DNA from: an uncultured Candidatus Saccharibacteria bacterium
GTDB lineage: Bacteria > Patescibacteriota > Minisyncoccia > Phycocordibacterales > UBA5272
NCBI GenBank assembly: GCA_964457775.1
Contig: CAYWEW010000001.1
Coordinates: forward strand, 17,783-81,782
Direction of reading: 5' to 3'
DNA: 64,000 nucleotides
A program made the position numbers and the translations under genes. Shown here in pieces: positions 1-10,626 of the stretch; position 1 is the stretch's first letter, and every line of letters begins with the position of its first letter. The notes beneath the pieces are model-generated. The model had not been told where the DNA came from. It was given only the letters and a program-made list of their open reading frames with translations, and ran no database searches.

Positions 1-723
1 TTTAACACTATTTAAATCTCCACCACTAAGAACAACACTCATTTTCCCTTTTGGTAATTCTTGTTTTGAGCCAGGAATAACAGAGGAGGTTACTATGGAA
101 GGTTCAAGTGCAAGGAGAGTGTCTAATTTGTATTTTATAGCATCTTCATCCAAATCATTTTGTTCTGCACTATGCGAAGGGTCATTATTTTGCAAGAATG
201 TATAGATTATGAAAGCGTTCGTTTCAAGCATTACCCTTTCGACTGTTTTACGAACCGACTCTAACTTTTCTTTTGTTTTTTCATCTGCCTTTTCATAGAA
301 TTCCAAAATTTTATGCTTTAGAAGTTTTAATTTTTCACTATTTTCGATGTGAGTACTTATATCTTCTTTATTGTTTACTCTTTCATCTTCTGGAAGATCG
401 GTATCCTTAGATAAACTCTCAACGAAACGATTAGAATCCTCATTTTGTACAGAAGACAATTTGCCATATTCTATATCAGCCTCAACCCCATCTAGAACTA
501 AGCTATTTTCAATCTTGCTTCTTAATGAATCAACTACCTCTCTTTGAGACATTTTGCTCGCCAAAAAAGCCAGGAGATTTTCAATATGTTTATGTACTTC
601 ATAAAATTCTGGTGATTGATGAGGTTTTTCTACATCAAAAAACTTTGGGGTTTTATTTCCATTATCTTCATTTTTATTATCGTGCTTACCTTCAACAAAT
701 TGTGGATTCTCTAAAGTACTCAT
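1..723 (-). CDS. Hypothetical protein, partial (runs off window start)
   Basis: Manual translation from ATG at 723 (MSTLENPQFVEGKHDNKNED...), open over the part read; starts 4 bp after the stop of the 728..1243 ORF; not in the ORF track. Confidence 0.7.
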   Translation of the reverse strand, partial: MSTLENPQFVEGKHDNKNEDNGNKTPKFFDVEKPHQSPEFYEVHKHIENLLAFLASKMSQREVVDSLRSKIENSLVLDGVEADIEYGKLSSVQNEDSNRFVESLSKDTDLPEDERVNNKEDISTHIENSEKLKLLKHKILEFYEKADEKTKEKLESVRKTVERVMLETNAFIIYTFLQNNDPSHSAEQNDLDEDAIKYKLDTLLALEPSIVTSSVIPGSKQELPKGKMSVVLSGGDLNSVK

Positions 724-727
724 GTTT

Positions 728-1243
728 TTATTTATTTTTATCTCTCAAGTCCATAAGCATGCGAGCCACCACTTCTACATCATTAACATTTTCCATTATA
801 AATTCTTGTTCAGTTCCAGCACTTTGTACTTTTAATTTTCCATATCCAAAAAAAGTAGCCACGAATCCACTTTTCTCAAAAGAAACATCCTGAATGCGGT
901 TAAGTTGCATAAAAGCTTCTTCTCTTTCAAAAATTTGTTTTTGGTTAACTGCAATAATGTGTCTGTCAGTTACATACCAGGTGTCGAGATAGTCTTTTGT
1001 CCAAGCATAAAAAAAGCTAGTCCAAAATATAATCACAAACATAACAAGAAGCATACCAATATAACTATCAATGTTAATATCAATAAAAGACAAAGACCCT
1101 CTAGCGGTAAAATAATTTGCCCCGATTAAAAAAATAAAACAAGCAAAAAAATGAATGAAAAAATCTTCGACATAAACCATCCAGTGTTTACGAACTTTCT
1201 CCAACATTACTTCACCTTCTTCTAATAATTGTTCCTGTTCCAT
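728..1243 (-). CDS. Bacterial PH-domain (bPH_2-like) membrane protein
   Basis: Two TM segments, then the WYVTDRHII...IQDVSFEKSGFVATFFGYGKLKVQSAG pattern typical of bPH_2 proteins. Confidence 0.75.
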   Translation of the reverse strand: MEQEQLLEEGEVMLEKVRKHWMVYVEDFFIHFFACFIFLIGANYFTARGSLSFIDINIDSYIGMLLVMFVIIFWTSFFYAWTKDYLDTWYVTDRHIIAVNQKQIFEREEAFMQLNRIQDVSFEKSGFVATFFGYGKLKVQSAGTEQEFIMENVNDVEVVARMLMDLRDKNK

Positions 1244-1247
1244 ATAC

Positions 1248-1421
1248 TTAAATCGCTAACATATAAATAAATAATAGGACTGAACCAAAAAGAAAAAACA
1301 ATCTCGCTATTTGTACCCCTTTTTCATTTTTACCAAATTTCCACCAAACATATAATAGAATTCCTGCAAGAGGAATATAGATAACTAATGTTGTGAATAA
1401 AATAATAAGCGCTCCGTCCAT
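1248..1421 (-). CDS. Small 2-TM membrane protein (57 aa)
   Basis: Manual translation MDGALIILFTTLVIYIPLAGILLYVWWKFGKNEKGVQIARLFFLFGSVLLFIYMLAI*; stop lies 4 bp before the next ATG; below the ORF-track cutoff. Confidence 0.7.
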   Translation of the reverse strand: MDGALIILFTTLVIYIPLAGILLYVWWKFGKNEKGVQIARLFFLFGSVLLFIYMLAI

Positions 1422-1475
1422 GTATTAAGTATATCAGAAGATAGTGAATGGATCATATTTTGTTGTTGGTAAAAG

Positions 1476-1504
1476 TTGACATATATACATATTTATGATA
1501 TAAT
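1476..1504 (+). promoter_or_regulatory. Consensus sigma70 promoter
   Basis: TTGACA-17 bp-TATAAT with an extended TG, followed by GTTCTTT (1516) and SD GGAGG (1536). Confidence 0.8.
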
Positions 1505-1544
1505 ATAGATTGGCAGTTCTTTCTAATTCCTTTTTGGAGGTGTC

Positions 1545-1979
1545 ATGGAAACAGTAATTCAAAAGAAAGTTCAAGGTTTGGCTGAAATGGTTATTGCTTT
1601 GAACGAGCTTTTCGGTAACCATTTGTGCCGTCTTAAGTTAAATGATGGCGCTGTCAATTTTCCGAAAAGGGATTACTCTTTCGGCGAGGCAATTGTTGGT
1701 ACCAATAATTCTTTGGTATTGAGATTCCTTATGTGTGATGACAATAGCCCTGGTGATTTGACGCCGTCGGTTCATGCGGTTGAGATGAACTTTATCAACT
1801 GCGACCACATCATCATAAATGAGCCAGGGTCAGATGACGTGTCGGTCGAGTTTTACTCAATCGATTGGCATACGTACCACAACGCCCCTGGATACGAATC
1901 CCCGATTGCCGGCTTCCAAACCGAAAGGGCTCGTCGCCTACTCGCTCCGATACATGTTGGCAAGTTAACCTACATGTGA
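1545..1979 (+). CDS. Hypothetical orphan protein
   Basis: 144-aa ORF with SD GGAGG, its own promoter and a hairpin terminator at ~1994-2030. Confidence 0.75.
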   Translation: METVIQKKVQGLAEMVIALNELFGNHLCRLKLNDGAVNFPKRDYSFGEAIVGTNNSLVLRFLMCDDNSPGDLTPSVHAVEMNFINCDHIIINEPGSDDVSVEFYSIDWHTYHNAPGYESPIAGFQTERARRLLAPIHVGKLTYM

Positions 1980-2029
1980 TTCGGATGTCTTTCAGAACCG
2001 CGTAACTTTTATAGTTATGTGGTTTTTTC

Positions 2030-4744
2030 TTATAAAGAGTATTTCTTCATTATTTCCGCTGTTACTTCGTCCACTGGACGGCCGTAGGTTAAGTAACTTA
2101 ACTCTTTTAATGCGTCAATCTTTGTAATGTCACCACGGGGAGGAAATGGTACGAACATATCAAATGGTTTCTTTGGGTCACCATTTGCTAGTATTTTTAT
2201 ATATGCATTATGATTAGATATTTTCATTATATCTCCCGCATTAAATGTTGGTTCAAACTTTGACTCAAGATACTTAGCATCTTCTGGAGAAACTCTATGT
2301 ATTGCCATAGATCCAACGTTACCGAATACTGCACCTTTGATGTCTTCGGTAAGTTGTCCAATATATTGATGAGCAACAGTGAGCGACAATCTATACTTAC
2401 GGGCCTCTGACAGAATAGACGCAATTGCTGGAGTGGTAACGTTTTGGAATTCATCAATATACAAAAAAAAGTCTGGCCGAATATTAGTGTCAACTCTTCC
2501 AAGTGCTGCTTGTGCGAATTTTCCAACAATAATTAGACCGAGTAACTCTGCATTCTTATCACCAAGCTTACCCTTTGCAAGATTAACAAGGAGTATCTTT
2601 TTTGTATCCATTATTTCTCTAAAATTAAACGCGGACTTTTCTTGGGCAATAATTGGACGCATAATGTCGTTTGACATAAACACATCGAATTTACTATTAA
2701 CATATTGTGTCCAATTTTGAAGACCTTGATCCCCTGTTGTCTTCTCCGCATTTTGCCAAAATTGCAAAATGAGAGGATTCTTGCATTTTGATAATTTATA
2801 ATCACGAAAATCTTTATCAGAAAACACACGTGAAATATCAAGTAGAGTGTTACCTGATTCTGGATGCTCCATAACTAACAATGTGGCATTACGGAAATAT
2901 TGCTCAAATCCTGGGCCTCCAGTTGCCTTCATATCAAACAATTTATCAAATATACCAAGAAGTTCATTAACCACAAAAGTCTTCGTTTCTGGATGATTTC
3001 TGTCATATTCAAGCATATTTAGCCCCATAGGACGTGGCATATACGCAGGATCAAAGTAAATCACATCTTTAGCCCTTTCAGCTGGAATATTCGCGAGAAT
3101 ATCTACAATATCCGTACCGTGTGGGTCGATGAAACAACAGCCTTCCCCATTATTAATATCCTGAATTATCATTCGCTTCAAAAAAACGGTCTTACCAGTA
3201 CCCGTCTGCCCTATAACATACATATGCCTCATACGGTCTTCTTTTCCGAAATGAATTTCTGTTTCTAGTCCTCTGTTTTTATTAACTCCAAGAATTATTC
3301 CTTCTGAACATAAATCAACTGGTGCTGGTGATTGTGTATAAGAGCTCTCTCTAACGTTTCCAACATCTTTTGACTGCATTGGAAAATGGAATATTGATGC
3401 AAGTTCTGAAAGATTAAGTGGGTAACTCTCATCCTCATTCCACAAACGATAAGAATAACGATGAAGTAATGCTTTTTGTTTTCTTCCTTCTACTTCTTCC
3501 CATTTTATACTGTTACCATTTATTTCAGCGAATTGTGAAAAAGATGCTTCCAATTCTCCACGTATTGCCTGAGCACGAGAAAGTGAAGATGCTGACGAAA
3601 CGATACGAATATTTGTTTCTATAATTGTCTTTGAAAGTTTTTCTTGGATAAGTTTGGTTGCACTTTCATCTATGTGTGTTGTTTTCTTCTCTTTATCTTT
3701 TTCAATTTCTTCTTTTGATTTTCCACCTGAAAACATTTCTCCTAGAAGATGAAGTGACTCCTTGAGTATGCTTTGTTTATCAATTACACGCTTAAGTGTC
3801 TCTCCTTTTCTTAAATCTTCTAACATTTCTCCGAATCGCTTCGCGAACACATCTCCTGCAGGACGAATTAATATTTGCAAAGCAAGACCTTCATCATCTT
3901 TTGCCATTTTGGTAAAAGAAGCGATTATAACCGTCATTGGGTCACCTTCCATTGTTGCATAAGTTTTAATCGGCAGAACTGGGTGCGTCATATGAGTCGC
4001 ATATGAGCAAGCGGTGATAGCATGGTCGTGGAAAATATTATAATCTTCTTTGCATTCTTTTACCTGTGCAGTCGGGAAAATACCTAAAACTACTTTTTCA
4101 AAAAGTGGGGCATAGTCTATATGAACTGCGCAATAAAATACTGCCGTTGTAACACCGTTTGCAACTGCAAGTTCAAGAGAATAATAATTCTTCTCTTTAT
4201 TCGTTGCATCAGATGCCAGTGCTTGCATAGAAGCATACCACTGCTCCATTAGCCCCATCATTTCTTTTACTTGTTTTGTTTGACCATCCCCTGCATCAGG
4301 CAATACTATTTCGAACAATTTCATGTGGAGAGCTTTCCATTCATCCTTTGATACATCATTTTTTAATTCATGTCCTGAAATTAAATATTGAACAACAAAT
4401 CTTTCAAAATCATCTTCCACTTGTGGGCTATTCAAATCTTCTGCTACTTTAAAAGCATTTTTTATACCCTTTTCAGCCATAACCTGAGAAAGCATACGGA
4501 CTTGAGCGTCTGTTTCCTTTGGTGCTAACCATTCAAGCAATCGGTGCTGTTCACCCGCAGAAACATGGGCTGTTGGTGCAATAATTTTTTCTAAAGGAGT
4601 TTCTTTATAATCACGCACAACTTCATGAGCTCTATCTTTTTCTGTAAATCTACCTTCGAAACCTTTTGCTCTTTCCATTTTATCTGCAACTTGAGAACGA
4701 AGATAAGCAATCTCTTCTTCAGGAGTTGTAAATTGAGTATTCAT
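2030..4744 (-). CDS. VirD4/TraG/TrwB-like (HerA/FtsK superfamily) ATPase
   Basis: RMRHMYVIGQTGTGKT Walker A, FIDPHG, FLYIDEFQ Walker B, EARKYRLSLTVAHQ motif. Confidence 0.85.
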   Translation of the reverse strand: MNTQFTTPEEEIAYLRSQVADKMERAKGFEGRFTEKDRAHEVVRDYKETPLEKIIAPTAHVSAGEQHRLLEWLAPKETDAQVRMLSQVMAEKGIKNAFKVAEDLNSPQVEDDFERFVVQYLISGHELKNDVSKDEWKALHMKLFEIVLPDAGDGQTKQVKEMMGLMEQWYASMQALASDATNKEKNYYSLELAVANGVTTAVFYCAVHIDYAPLFEKVVLGIFPTAQVKECKEDYNIFHDHAITACSYATHMTHPVLPIKTYATMEGDPMTVIIASFTKMAKDDEGLALQILIRPAGDVFAKRFGEMLEDLRKGETLKRVIDKQSILKESLHLLGEMFSGGKSKEEIEKDKEKKTTHIDESATKLIQEKLSKTIIETNIRIVSSASSLSRAQAIRGELEASFSQFAEINGNSIKWEEVEGRKQKALLHRYSYRLWNEDESYPLNLSELASIFHFPMQSKDVGNVRESSYTQSPAPVDLCSEGIILGVNKNRGLETEIHFGKEDRMRHMYVIGQTGTGKTVFLKRMIIQDINNGEGCCFIDPHGTDIVDILANIPAERAKDVIYFDPAYMPRPMGLNMLEYDRNHPETKTFVVNELLGIFDKLFDMKATGGPGFEQYFRNATLLVMEHPESGNTLLDISRVFSDKDFRDYKLSKCKNPLILQFWQNAEKTTGDQGLQNWTQYVNSKFDVFMSNDIMRPIIAQEKSAFNFREIMDTKKILLVNLAKGKLGDKNAELLGLIIVGKFAQAALGRVDTNIRPDFFLYIDEFQNVTTPAIASILSEARKYRLSLTVAHQYIGQLTEDIKGAVFGNVGSMAIHRVSPEDAKYLESKFEPTFNAGDIMKISNHNAYIKILANGDPKKPFDMFVPFPPRGDITKIDALKELSYLTYGRPVDEVTAEIMKKYSL

Positions 4745-4827
4745 AGGTACAGTATATAGTTACTGGTTACTAGTTACTAGTGGATACAAAATCGGCCACT
4801 TCGTGGCCGATTTTGTATTTTCATAAA

Positions 4828-5493
4828 TTAAACTGTTGGCTTTACTGGTTGAGCAAGTGGTGGTGGTACTAATTCCTCTGATATAGCTGGTTCCATATTT
4901 TGAACTACAGGTGCACTAGCTACTTCTACTACAGGAGTCGAATCAATAACCTCTGTTGCTATTGTTTGTGCTGGAATAGATTGTGCTACCACAGGTGATT
5001 CTTCTACTACTGTTGAAACTTCTACTTGAGAAATAACCTCAACTGGAACTTCTACAATTCCTGGTACTTCTACAGCTTCTGTCACTGGAGCTTCTTCAAC
5101 TACAGCAATCGGTTCCGGTGCTGATGGTCTCCATGATGAAACAGGTGGCACAGTTTCTGCAACAACAGGAGCCGTTACAGGCTCTACGGTTGGTGTAGGC
5201 ACTTCCACAACTGGTTGTGCGGGTTCTTGTGCAACTACCGGCTCTGATACTGGAGCTGGTGCAACAACCTCCACGGGAGCAGGAGCACTTACTGGTGTAA
5301 TCACTGGACTAACCACTTCTTCAGCTGGAGATGGGGCGGGTGTTGTCGTAACTGGTGGTACAGGAACTTGCGCTATAACTTCTGCTGGGTGGGATTTGTT
5401 AAGAACAACAAGCAGTACAACCAAAATAAGGATTACCGGTACCAAAAAAATAATTAATGGTGTATTCGCAAAAAAAGAAGAGATGGTTTCCAT
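4828..5493 (-). CDS. Membrane-anchored Pro/Val/Glu-rich protein
   Basis: N-terminal TM, then a low-complexity P/V/E/A stalk. Confidence 0.7.
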   Translation of the reverse strand: METISSFFANTPLIIFLVPVILILVVLLVVLNKSHPAEVIAQVPVPPVTTTPAPSPAEEVVSPVITPVSAPAPVEVVAPAPVSEPVVAQEPAQPVVEVPTPTVEPVTAPVVAETVPPVSSWRPSAPEPIAVVEEAPVTEAVEVPGIVEVPVEVISQVEVSTVVEESPVVAQSIPAQTIATEVIDSTPVVEVASAPVVQNMEPAISEELVPPPLAQPVKPTV

Positions 5494-5592
5494 GAAAAAT
5501 AAGCTTTTAATTTTTAATATATATATAGTGTAACCCCCTTATTAAAGAGAGTAAAGGAATAATGTGAGCAACCATAATATATAAAATCTTAA

Positions 5593-6000
5593 TTAATTAG
5601 TTTTTTCTGGTGGTGTGTACACGGCACTTCCTAAAGCAAGTATCGGTAAAAAGATGAACGGTAACAATACTAGTCCAATTGTAAACGGAATGTCAAATCC
5701 AAATCTTTTACTTAGGTGATAAGATAGATATATACTAACAACCCAACTTACGACTGGTATAAAAAAACCGATCAATAACCACCACGGCTTACCCACAATA
5801 GCAGTCCAAACATACATATTATAAAAAGGAATAATCGCTTCCCACCATTTACGTCCAGCTTTTTTGAAAATTAAAATAATGGACGCAACCATTACAATTA
5901 AAAAAATTGCAAGAAATCCAAAAAATGCACTTCCGCCTAACATTGCCATTGGACCAAAACTAGAGGAACTAAAGGATGATATATTTTGAAAATAATTCAT
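5593..6000 (-). CDS. DUF5684-like membrane protein
   Basis: IFKKAGRKWWEAIIPFYN...KPWW...LSKRFG motif. Confidence 0.75.
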   Translation of the reverse strand: MNYFQNISSFSSSSFGPMAMLGGSAFFGFLAIFLIVMVASIILIFKKAGRKWWEAIIPFYNMYVWTAIVGKPWWLLIGFFIPVVSWVVSIYLSYHLSKRFGFDIPFTIGLVLLPFIFLPILALGSAVYTPPEKTN

Positions 6001-6044
6001 AATAAATAGATTATTGATAACTTTTTTAGTATATCAAAAACAAA

Positions 6045-6815
6045 TTAAAGAACAGTAAGTATTTCTGCCTTCCCTTCTGTAATCAAAATCGTGTGTTCAA
6101 AATGAGCAGACTTTTTATGGTCCTTGGTAATGAAAGTATAGCCATCGTCTGCCAAATATACTTCATCAGTTCCATGATTAACCATCGGTTCAAGTGCAAG
6201 CACCATACCTGGAACAAGTTTAGGTCCTTTTATACCATCATCAAAGTTCGGCACATATGGTTCTTCATGAACTTTGTAACCGACACCGTGCCCTGATAAT
6301 ATTTTTACAATACCGTATTTTTTTGGTATTGATTTTTCAATGGCTTTTGAAATATCATTTACATAGTTTCCACCTCTAGCAGCATTTATTCCTGCCATGA
6401 GTGCCTCCTTGGTAACTCTCATCAACTCTTCATCTTCTTTACTAATCTTTCCAACAGCAACCGTGACAGCAGAATCAGATATCATTCCTTTATGTGTCAC
6501 TCCACCATCTAACCCAACTATGTCCCCCTCTTTTAGTACTCTATCCCCACCTATACCATGAACTACTTCATCATTAACTGAAATACAAATACTTCCAGGA
6601 TATGGATAGGAGGCTCCAAAAGGCTTGTAGTTAAGAAATGCCGGCTTATCCCCCATATCAGTAATCATTTTATAAACAAAATCATTTAAATAACCAGTTG
6701 TGACTCCCGGTTTTACTTCTTTTGAAACAGCTTGAAGCACCGAGGCTAACCTCTTACCACTTTCCCGTAGTTTTTTTATATCATTTTCATTTTTAAGTTT
6801 AATGTCGTATTTCAT
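6045..6815 (-). CDS. map: Methionine aminopeptidase type I
   Basis: ICISVNDEVVHG, GHGVG..VHEEP, ALEPM, SAHFEHTI motifs. Confidence 0.97.
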   Translation of the reverse strand: MKYDIKLKNENDIKKLRESGKRLASVLQAVSKEVKPGVTTGYLNDFVYKMITDMGDKPAFLNYKPFGASYPYPGSICISVNDEVVHGIGGDRVLKEGDIVGLDGGVTHKGMISDSAVTVAVGKISKEDEELMRVTKEALMAGINAARGGNYVNDISKAIEKSIPKKYGIVKILSGHGVGYKVHEEPYVPNFDDGIKGPKLVPGMVLALEPMVNHGTDEVYLADDGYTFITKDHKKSAHFEHTILITEGKAEILTVL

Positions 6816-6817
6816 AA

Positions 6818-7420
6818 CTAATTATTTTTTAAGGAATTCAATTTCTGCATAATTTCATTTTGAACTTCTTCAATAGTTTGATTGCCATTTATACGTAAAA
6901 CGACATAGCGAGGGTCATTCAAATAAACATCAAGTGTTGGTAATACATCTGTCTCGAACCAATCCATACGATTAGTAACATCAGATTCTATCTTGTCATC
7001 TTCACGTCCACGTAAAGCGATGTGTTTTCTTGAAACACTTTCCGACGTTTCTAAATAAATTACAATTGGTTTCTGATATCCCAAAAAATTAATTGCACTA
7101 TGTAAAACATGAACCTCAAAAGGCTTTCTTGGTGCACCATCTAGGATAATAGTTTCTCCTCCTTTTAAATTATCAATAAAAAAGTTTGACCACCCCCAAA
7201 CTGCCAAAAATTCTGGTTGAAGAGCTCCTGTGTCATTAATATTTTTGGCCAATTTTGCTACATAATTATCTTTTGTAATAAAATCACGAAATCCACCACC
7301 TGTAGTGACATGAATAACTTTCTCCACACCTTGATTCATTAGAGTGCTCCTAAGTAATTCGGCTTGTGTTCCTTTCCCACTCCCAGAACGTCCAATCAAA
7401 ATAAAGAATTGTTTCTGCAT
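6818..7420 (-). CDS. adk: Adenylate/nucleoside monophosphate kinase (short LID)
   Basis: GRSGSGKGTQA P-loop, LDGAPR, RGREDD; located between secY and map. Confidence 0.85.
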   Translation of the reverse strand: MQKQFFILIGRSGSGKGTQAELLRSTLMNQGVEKVIHVTTGGGFRDFITKDNYVAKLAKNINDTGALQPEFLAVWGWSNFFIDNLKGGETIILDGAPRKPFEVHVLHSAINFLGYQKPIVIYLETSESVSRKHIALRGREDDKIESDVTNRMDWFETDVLPTLDVYLNDPRYVVLRINGNQTIEEVQNEIMQKLNSLKNN

Positions 7421-7561
7421 CTAACAATACTACCATAAAACATATACTTGTAACTAGTTATGCTTCCCTTGATAATAACCTTATTCTCTTTCTAATTCCT
7501 TGGAACAGTAGCACTAATATCTAAAATTGTTTTAAATTTATTAATCATAATTAGTTAATTA

Positions 7562-8383
7562 CTATCTAAAGCCAGACAATTTACCATCTCTTGTATACTC
7601 TGACTGAAGATCTGCTGACTGCTTGCTGCCGTCCTGATTAACTACTTCAATTCTAACTATGTCGAGTTTTTGTGAATAAGTAAAATCAGCATGAAGAGTG
7701 CTGTCATCGTAGCAAACATCTTCATTAAAACTGCCAATTTTACTATTCTTTTTTCTTTCAATACAGACATATGCCGTTCCTTGTGAACTGTCGTTATTGG
7801 GAACTACTTTAGCAACAAGAACCAGATCATGTCTCTCAAAAAAATTAATAGTTGCGTTATCAAATCTAGCTATTTTCAGTAAATTTTCTGGGCTTAATCT
7901 TGGCACTTTTGTTACACGTGCTGGTTCAACTGCAGAAATTCCATACTTTTCTGCTAACCTTGGTATTATTGTTTTTTTCGCTAGTTCAATAAATTCGTAT
8001 CTATTATTAAATTGTTTAAAAGTACAGGATGAATCCATAATATGTTCACCTGTTTCGGAATAAATGCCAAATTGTATTGATGCACATCTAAAAGTAAGAA
8101 CTGCTGGGCCAAATTTAACCAATGGAATATTTCTTTTTGCTAGCTCTTGATTAAAAAGGGTTTCGTTTTGTATGAGCATCCTCCTAAACTGCATCTCACT
8201 ACTTTCTTGAAATTCTACACCAGAGGTCTCTGCTAAAGCATTTTCTGATGTAACAATTTGTCCACCTGCAACAGCTGTACCAACAAGAATTGCTGTACTG
8301 ATTGTATTCCTAACGCGACCAAAAATATCTTTTTCTTTATTATCTGATTTTAATTGTGGTAAATTTTCTTCTATATTTTCCAT
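7562..8383 (-). CDS. Hypothetical secreted/membrane protein
   Basis: ORF likely starts at ATG 8383 (MENIEE); hydrophobic signal-like segment; inserted between secY and adk. Confidence 0.7.
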   Translation of the reverse strand: MENIEENLPQLKSDNKEKDIFGRVRNTISTAILVGTAVAGGQIVTSENALAETSGVEFQESSEMQFRRMLIQNETLFNQELAKRNIPLVKFGPAVLTFRCASIQFGIYSETGEHIMDSSCTFKQFNNRYEFIELAKKTIIPRLAEKYGISAVEPARVTKVPRLSPENLLKIARFDNATINFFERHDLVLVAKVVPNNDSSQGTAYVCIERKKNSKIGSFNEDVCYDDSTLHADFTYSQKLDIVRIEVVNQDGSKQSADLQSEYTRDGKLSGFR

Positions 8384-8519
8384 ATTATATATAAGTATAT
8401 ATCTATATAGCAATGTTACCTAAATAAAATATAAATATTGATCAAATTTACAAAAAGACCAATAAACTTGGCCAATTTTGTTTATCTAATAAATAATTAC
8501 CGAAAAGACTAATCAATTA

Positions 8520-9782
8520 TTAATACTCCCTCATCGATAGCTGGGCGTCAATTTTCTTAATAACATCAAGAACAACAGACACTGCAATCAAAAGAGATGT
8601 ACCTCCAACCTGTATGGCTGTTAACCCAGTCATACCTTGAACAATAACTGGAAGTACTGCAACAAGACCCAAGAAAATTGCACCAAAGAAAGTAATACGT
8701 CCCAGAACATAACCAATGTATTCTGCGGTCTGAAGACCTGGACGAAAACCTGGAACGAAGGCTCCGTTCTTCTGAAGATTATCTGCTGTTTTTTCTGGAT
8801 CAAACATAACTGCTGTATAGAAGTATGTAAATGAAACAACCAGCAAGAAATAAGCACTTCCATATACCCACTGATTAGCTAAGAGTGTGTTAACTGTACG
8901 TGCAAATGACTGAAGTGATACTTGTGATGATGTTGCAAGCAATTGACCAATTAATTGTGGGAAAAGTAGTATAGAGATAGCAAAAATAATTGGAATAACA
9001 CCAGCTTGATTAAGACGAAGAGGAAGATATGTTGAAGCTCCAAGTGGGCTTCCTCCACCCATTCGTGACTGACGAGCGTAAGTAACAGGAACAGGACGTT
9101 CAGCTTCTGTAACATATACAACTCCAGCAATAACAACGAGAGATAGAACTAGTAGGCCGACAAGCATTGGGATTTGTGAGACATCAAATGTCACAAAAAA
9201 TTGACTAAGACTTTGTGGAATAGCTGCAACAATTCCTGCAAAGATAATAAGTGAGACTCCATTTCCAATACCTCTTTCATTAATTTGTTCTCCGAGCCAC
9301 ATCATGAGCATAGTTCCTGCAGTTACAATAATGATATTTGCAACCATAACTGATTGTGCAAGTTGTGGAATCACATTTTGTCTTTCAAGTAGAGTAATAA
9401 GTGCGAATCCTTGTAATATAGCAAGAGGAAGTGTTAACAGTCTTCCATACTGTACGAATCTACGACGCCCAGCATCCCCTTCTTCTTGATACATCTCTTT
9501 AATACGTGGTGAGAGTACTGTTGTTAATTGCATAATAATTGAGGCAGTAATATATGGACCAACTCCAAGCATTACTATTGAAAAAGATGAGATACCTCCT
9601 CCAGCAAAAACATTAAGCATACTCAAAAAACCGTTATTAGAAAGGTACTCTGCGAGATTTGAAGCATCAACCCCTGGAATTGGAATAACGGCTAATACGC
9701 GAGTAAGTAGCAAAATGCCAATAACAAAGAAAATGCGGTTACGTAGTGACCTGTCGGAAAATATTACCTTGATTGTTTTCAT
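8520..9782 (-). CDS. secY: Preprotein translocase subunit SecY
   Basis: LGVGPYITASIIMQL, GIGNGVSLIIFAGI, AGVIPIIFA, GGTSLLIAVSV. Confidence 0.98.
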   Translation of the reverse strand: MKTIKVIFSDRSLRNRIFFVIGILLLTRVLAVIPIPGVDASNLAEYLSNNGFLSMLNVFAGGGISSFSIVMLGVGPYITASIIMQLTTVLSPRIKEMYQEEGDAGRRRFVQYGRLLTLPLAILQGFALITLLERQNVIPQLAQSVMVANIIIVTAGTMLMMWLGEQINERGIGNGVSLIIFAGIVAAIPQSLSQFFVTFDVSQIPMLVGLLVLSLVVIAGVVYVTEAERPVPVTYARQSRMGGGSPLGASTYLPLRLNQAGVIPIIFAISILLFPQLIGQLLATSSQVSLQSFARTVNTLLANQWVYGSAYFLLVVSFTYFYTAVMFDPEKTADNLQKNGAFVPGFRPGLQTAEYIGYVLGRITFFGAIFLGLVAVLPVIVQGMTGLTAIQVGGTSLLIAVSVVLDVIKKIDAQLSMREY

Positions 9783-9867
9783 AATCAAAGTATTATATCA
9801 CAATAAATAGCTTGTGGCTATAAGCCTTTTTTTGAAAAAATCTATTTAAAATGTACAATTTTATTAA

Positions 9868-10512
9868 CTATTTGTACAAAATGTACACGTCACTTAATTT
9901 ACCTTTTGATTCCACTTGAAATGAATATTCTCCATTATAAATATTCCTAAAATCTGTAACTTTAAAGTTAATTTGTTGAGTTTTGTCTGGCATAGGATAC
10001 GCTGGGAGTATCATCTTCTTTGATATTTCTGCTCCCGCCGTTAAAGTTACAATATTAGAACCACTGTCGAAATTTTTTCCAGAAATAGAAACAACCATTG
10101 ATTTGCCATCTTCAGTAATTTTTATGTTATTTATTGTTGGCAAAATTTCTTTTGGTTTATTAGTAGTACTTTTTGAAGATGTTGATTGTGTATTATTGGT
10201 AATAGACAATACTTTTGTACTCGTTGAATTTTCACTAGTACTGGTGGAATAATTTATAATTTTACAATTATCTACACTTGGAATAACGCTCCCATCAGGA
10301 CATGTTTTATTTTTTGGTACACATATTTCATTTTCTAAATATTCATCATCTCCACATTCTATTTTGTCTGTTAATATTGGAGCTAATTCACTAGAAATAT
10401 CCCCATCTTTACTATTTTTCATCTTGTACAAAACATAACCAGAAAAAGCTATGGCTGCGACTGATAGCAACACCACCATTAATACTTTTAAAATATTAAA
10501 GAAATTTTTCAT
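9868..10512 (-). CDS. Hypothetical surface protein (TM, Cys motif, Ig-like C-terminus)
   Basis: N-terminal TM, CPDGS motif, S/T-rich linker; inserted between rplO and secY. Confidence 0.7.
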   Translation of the reverse strand: MKNFFNILKVLMVVLLSVAAIAFSGYVLYKMKNSKDGDISSELAPILTDKIECGDDEYLENEICVPKNKTCPDGSVIPSVDNCKIINYSTSTSENSTSTKVLSITNNTQSTSSKSTTNKPKEILPTINNIKITEDGKSMVVSISGKNFDSGSNIVTLTAGAEISKKMILPAYPMPDKTQQINFKVTDFRNIYNGEYSFQVESKGKLSDVYILYK

Positions 10513-10626
10513 ATTATATTAAGTATACATTTATTATAAATAAATACTAAATACAAAGAGCGGCCTTAGGCCGCTCTTTGTATTAATAAATTCACAGTTT
10601 GAATGCAAATCTATATTATAAACATT

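Noticed and set aside
7455-7550. Possible tiny ORF remnant between adk and the 7562 gene
   Set aside because: Only 18 codons before a stop, with no recognisable homology.
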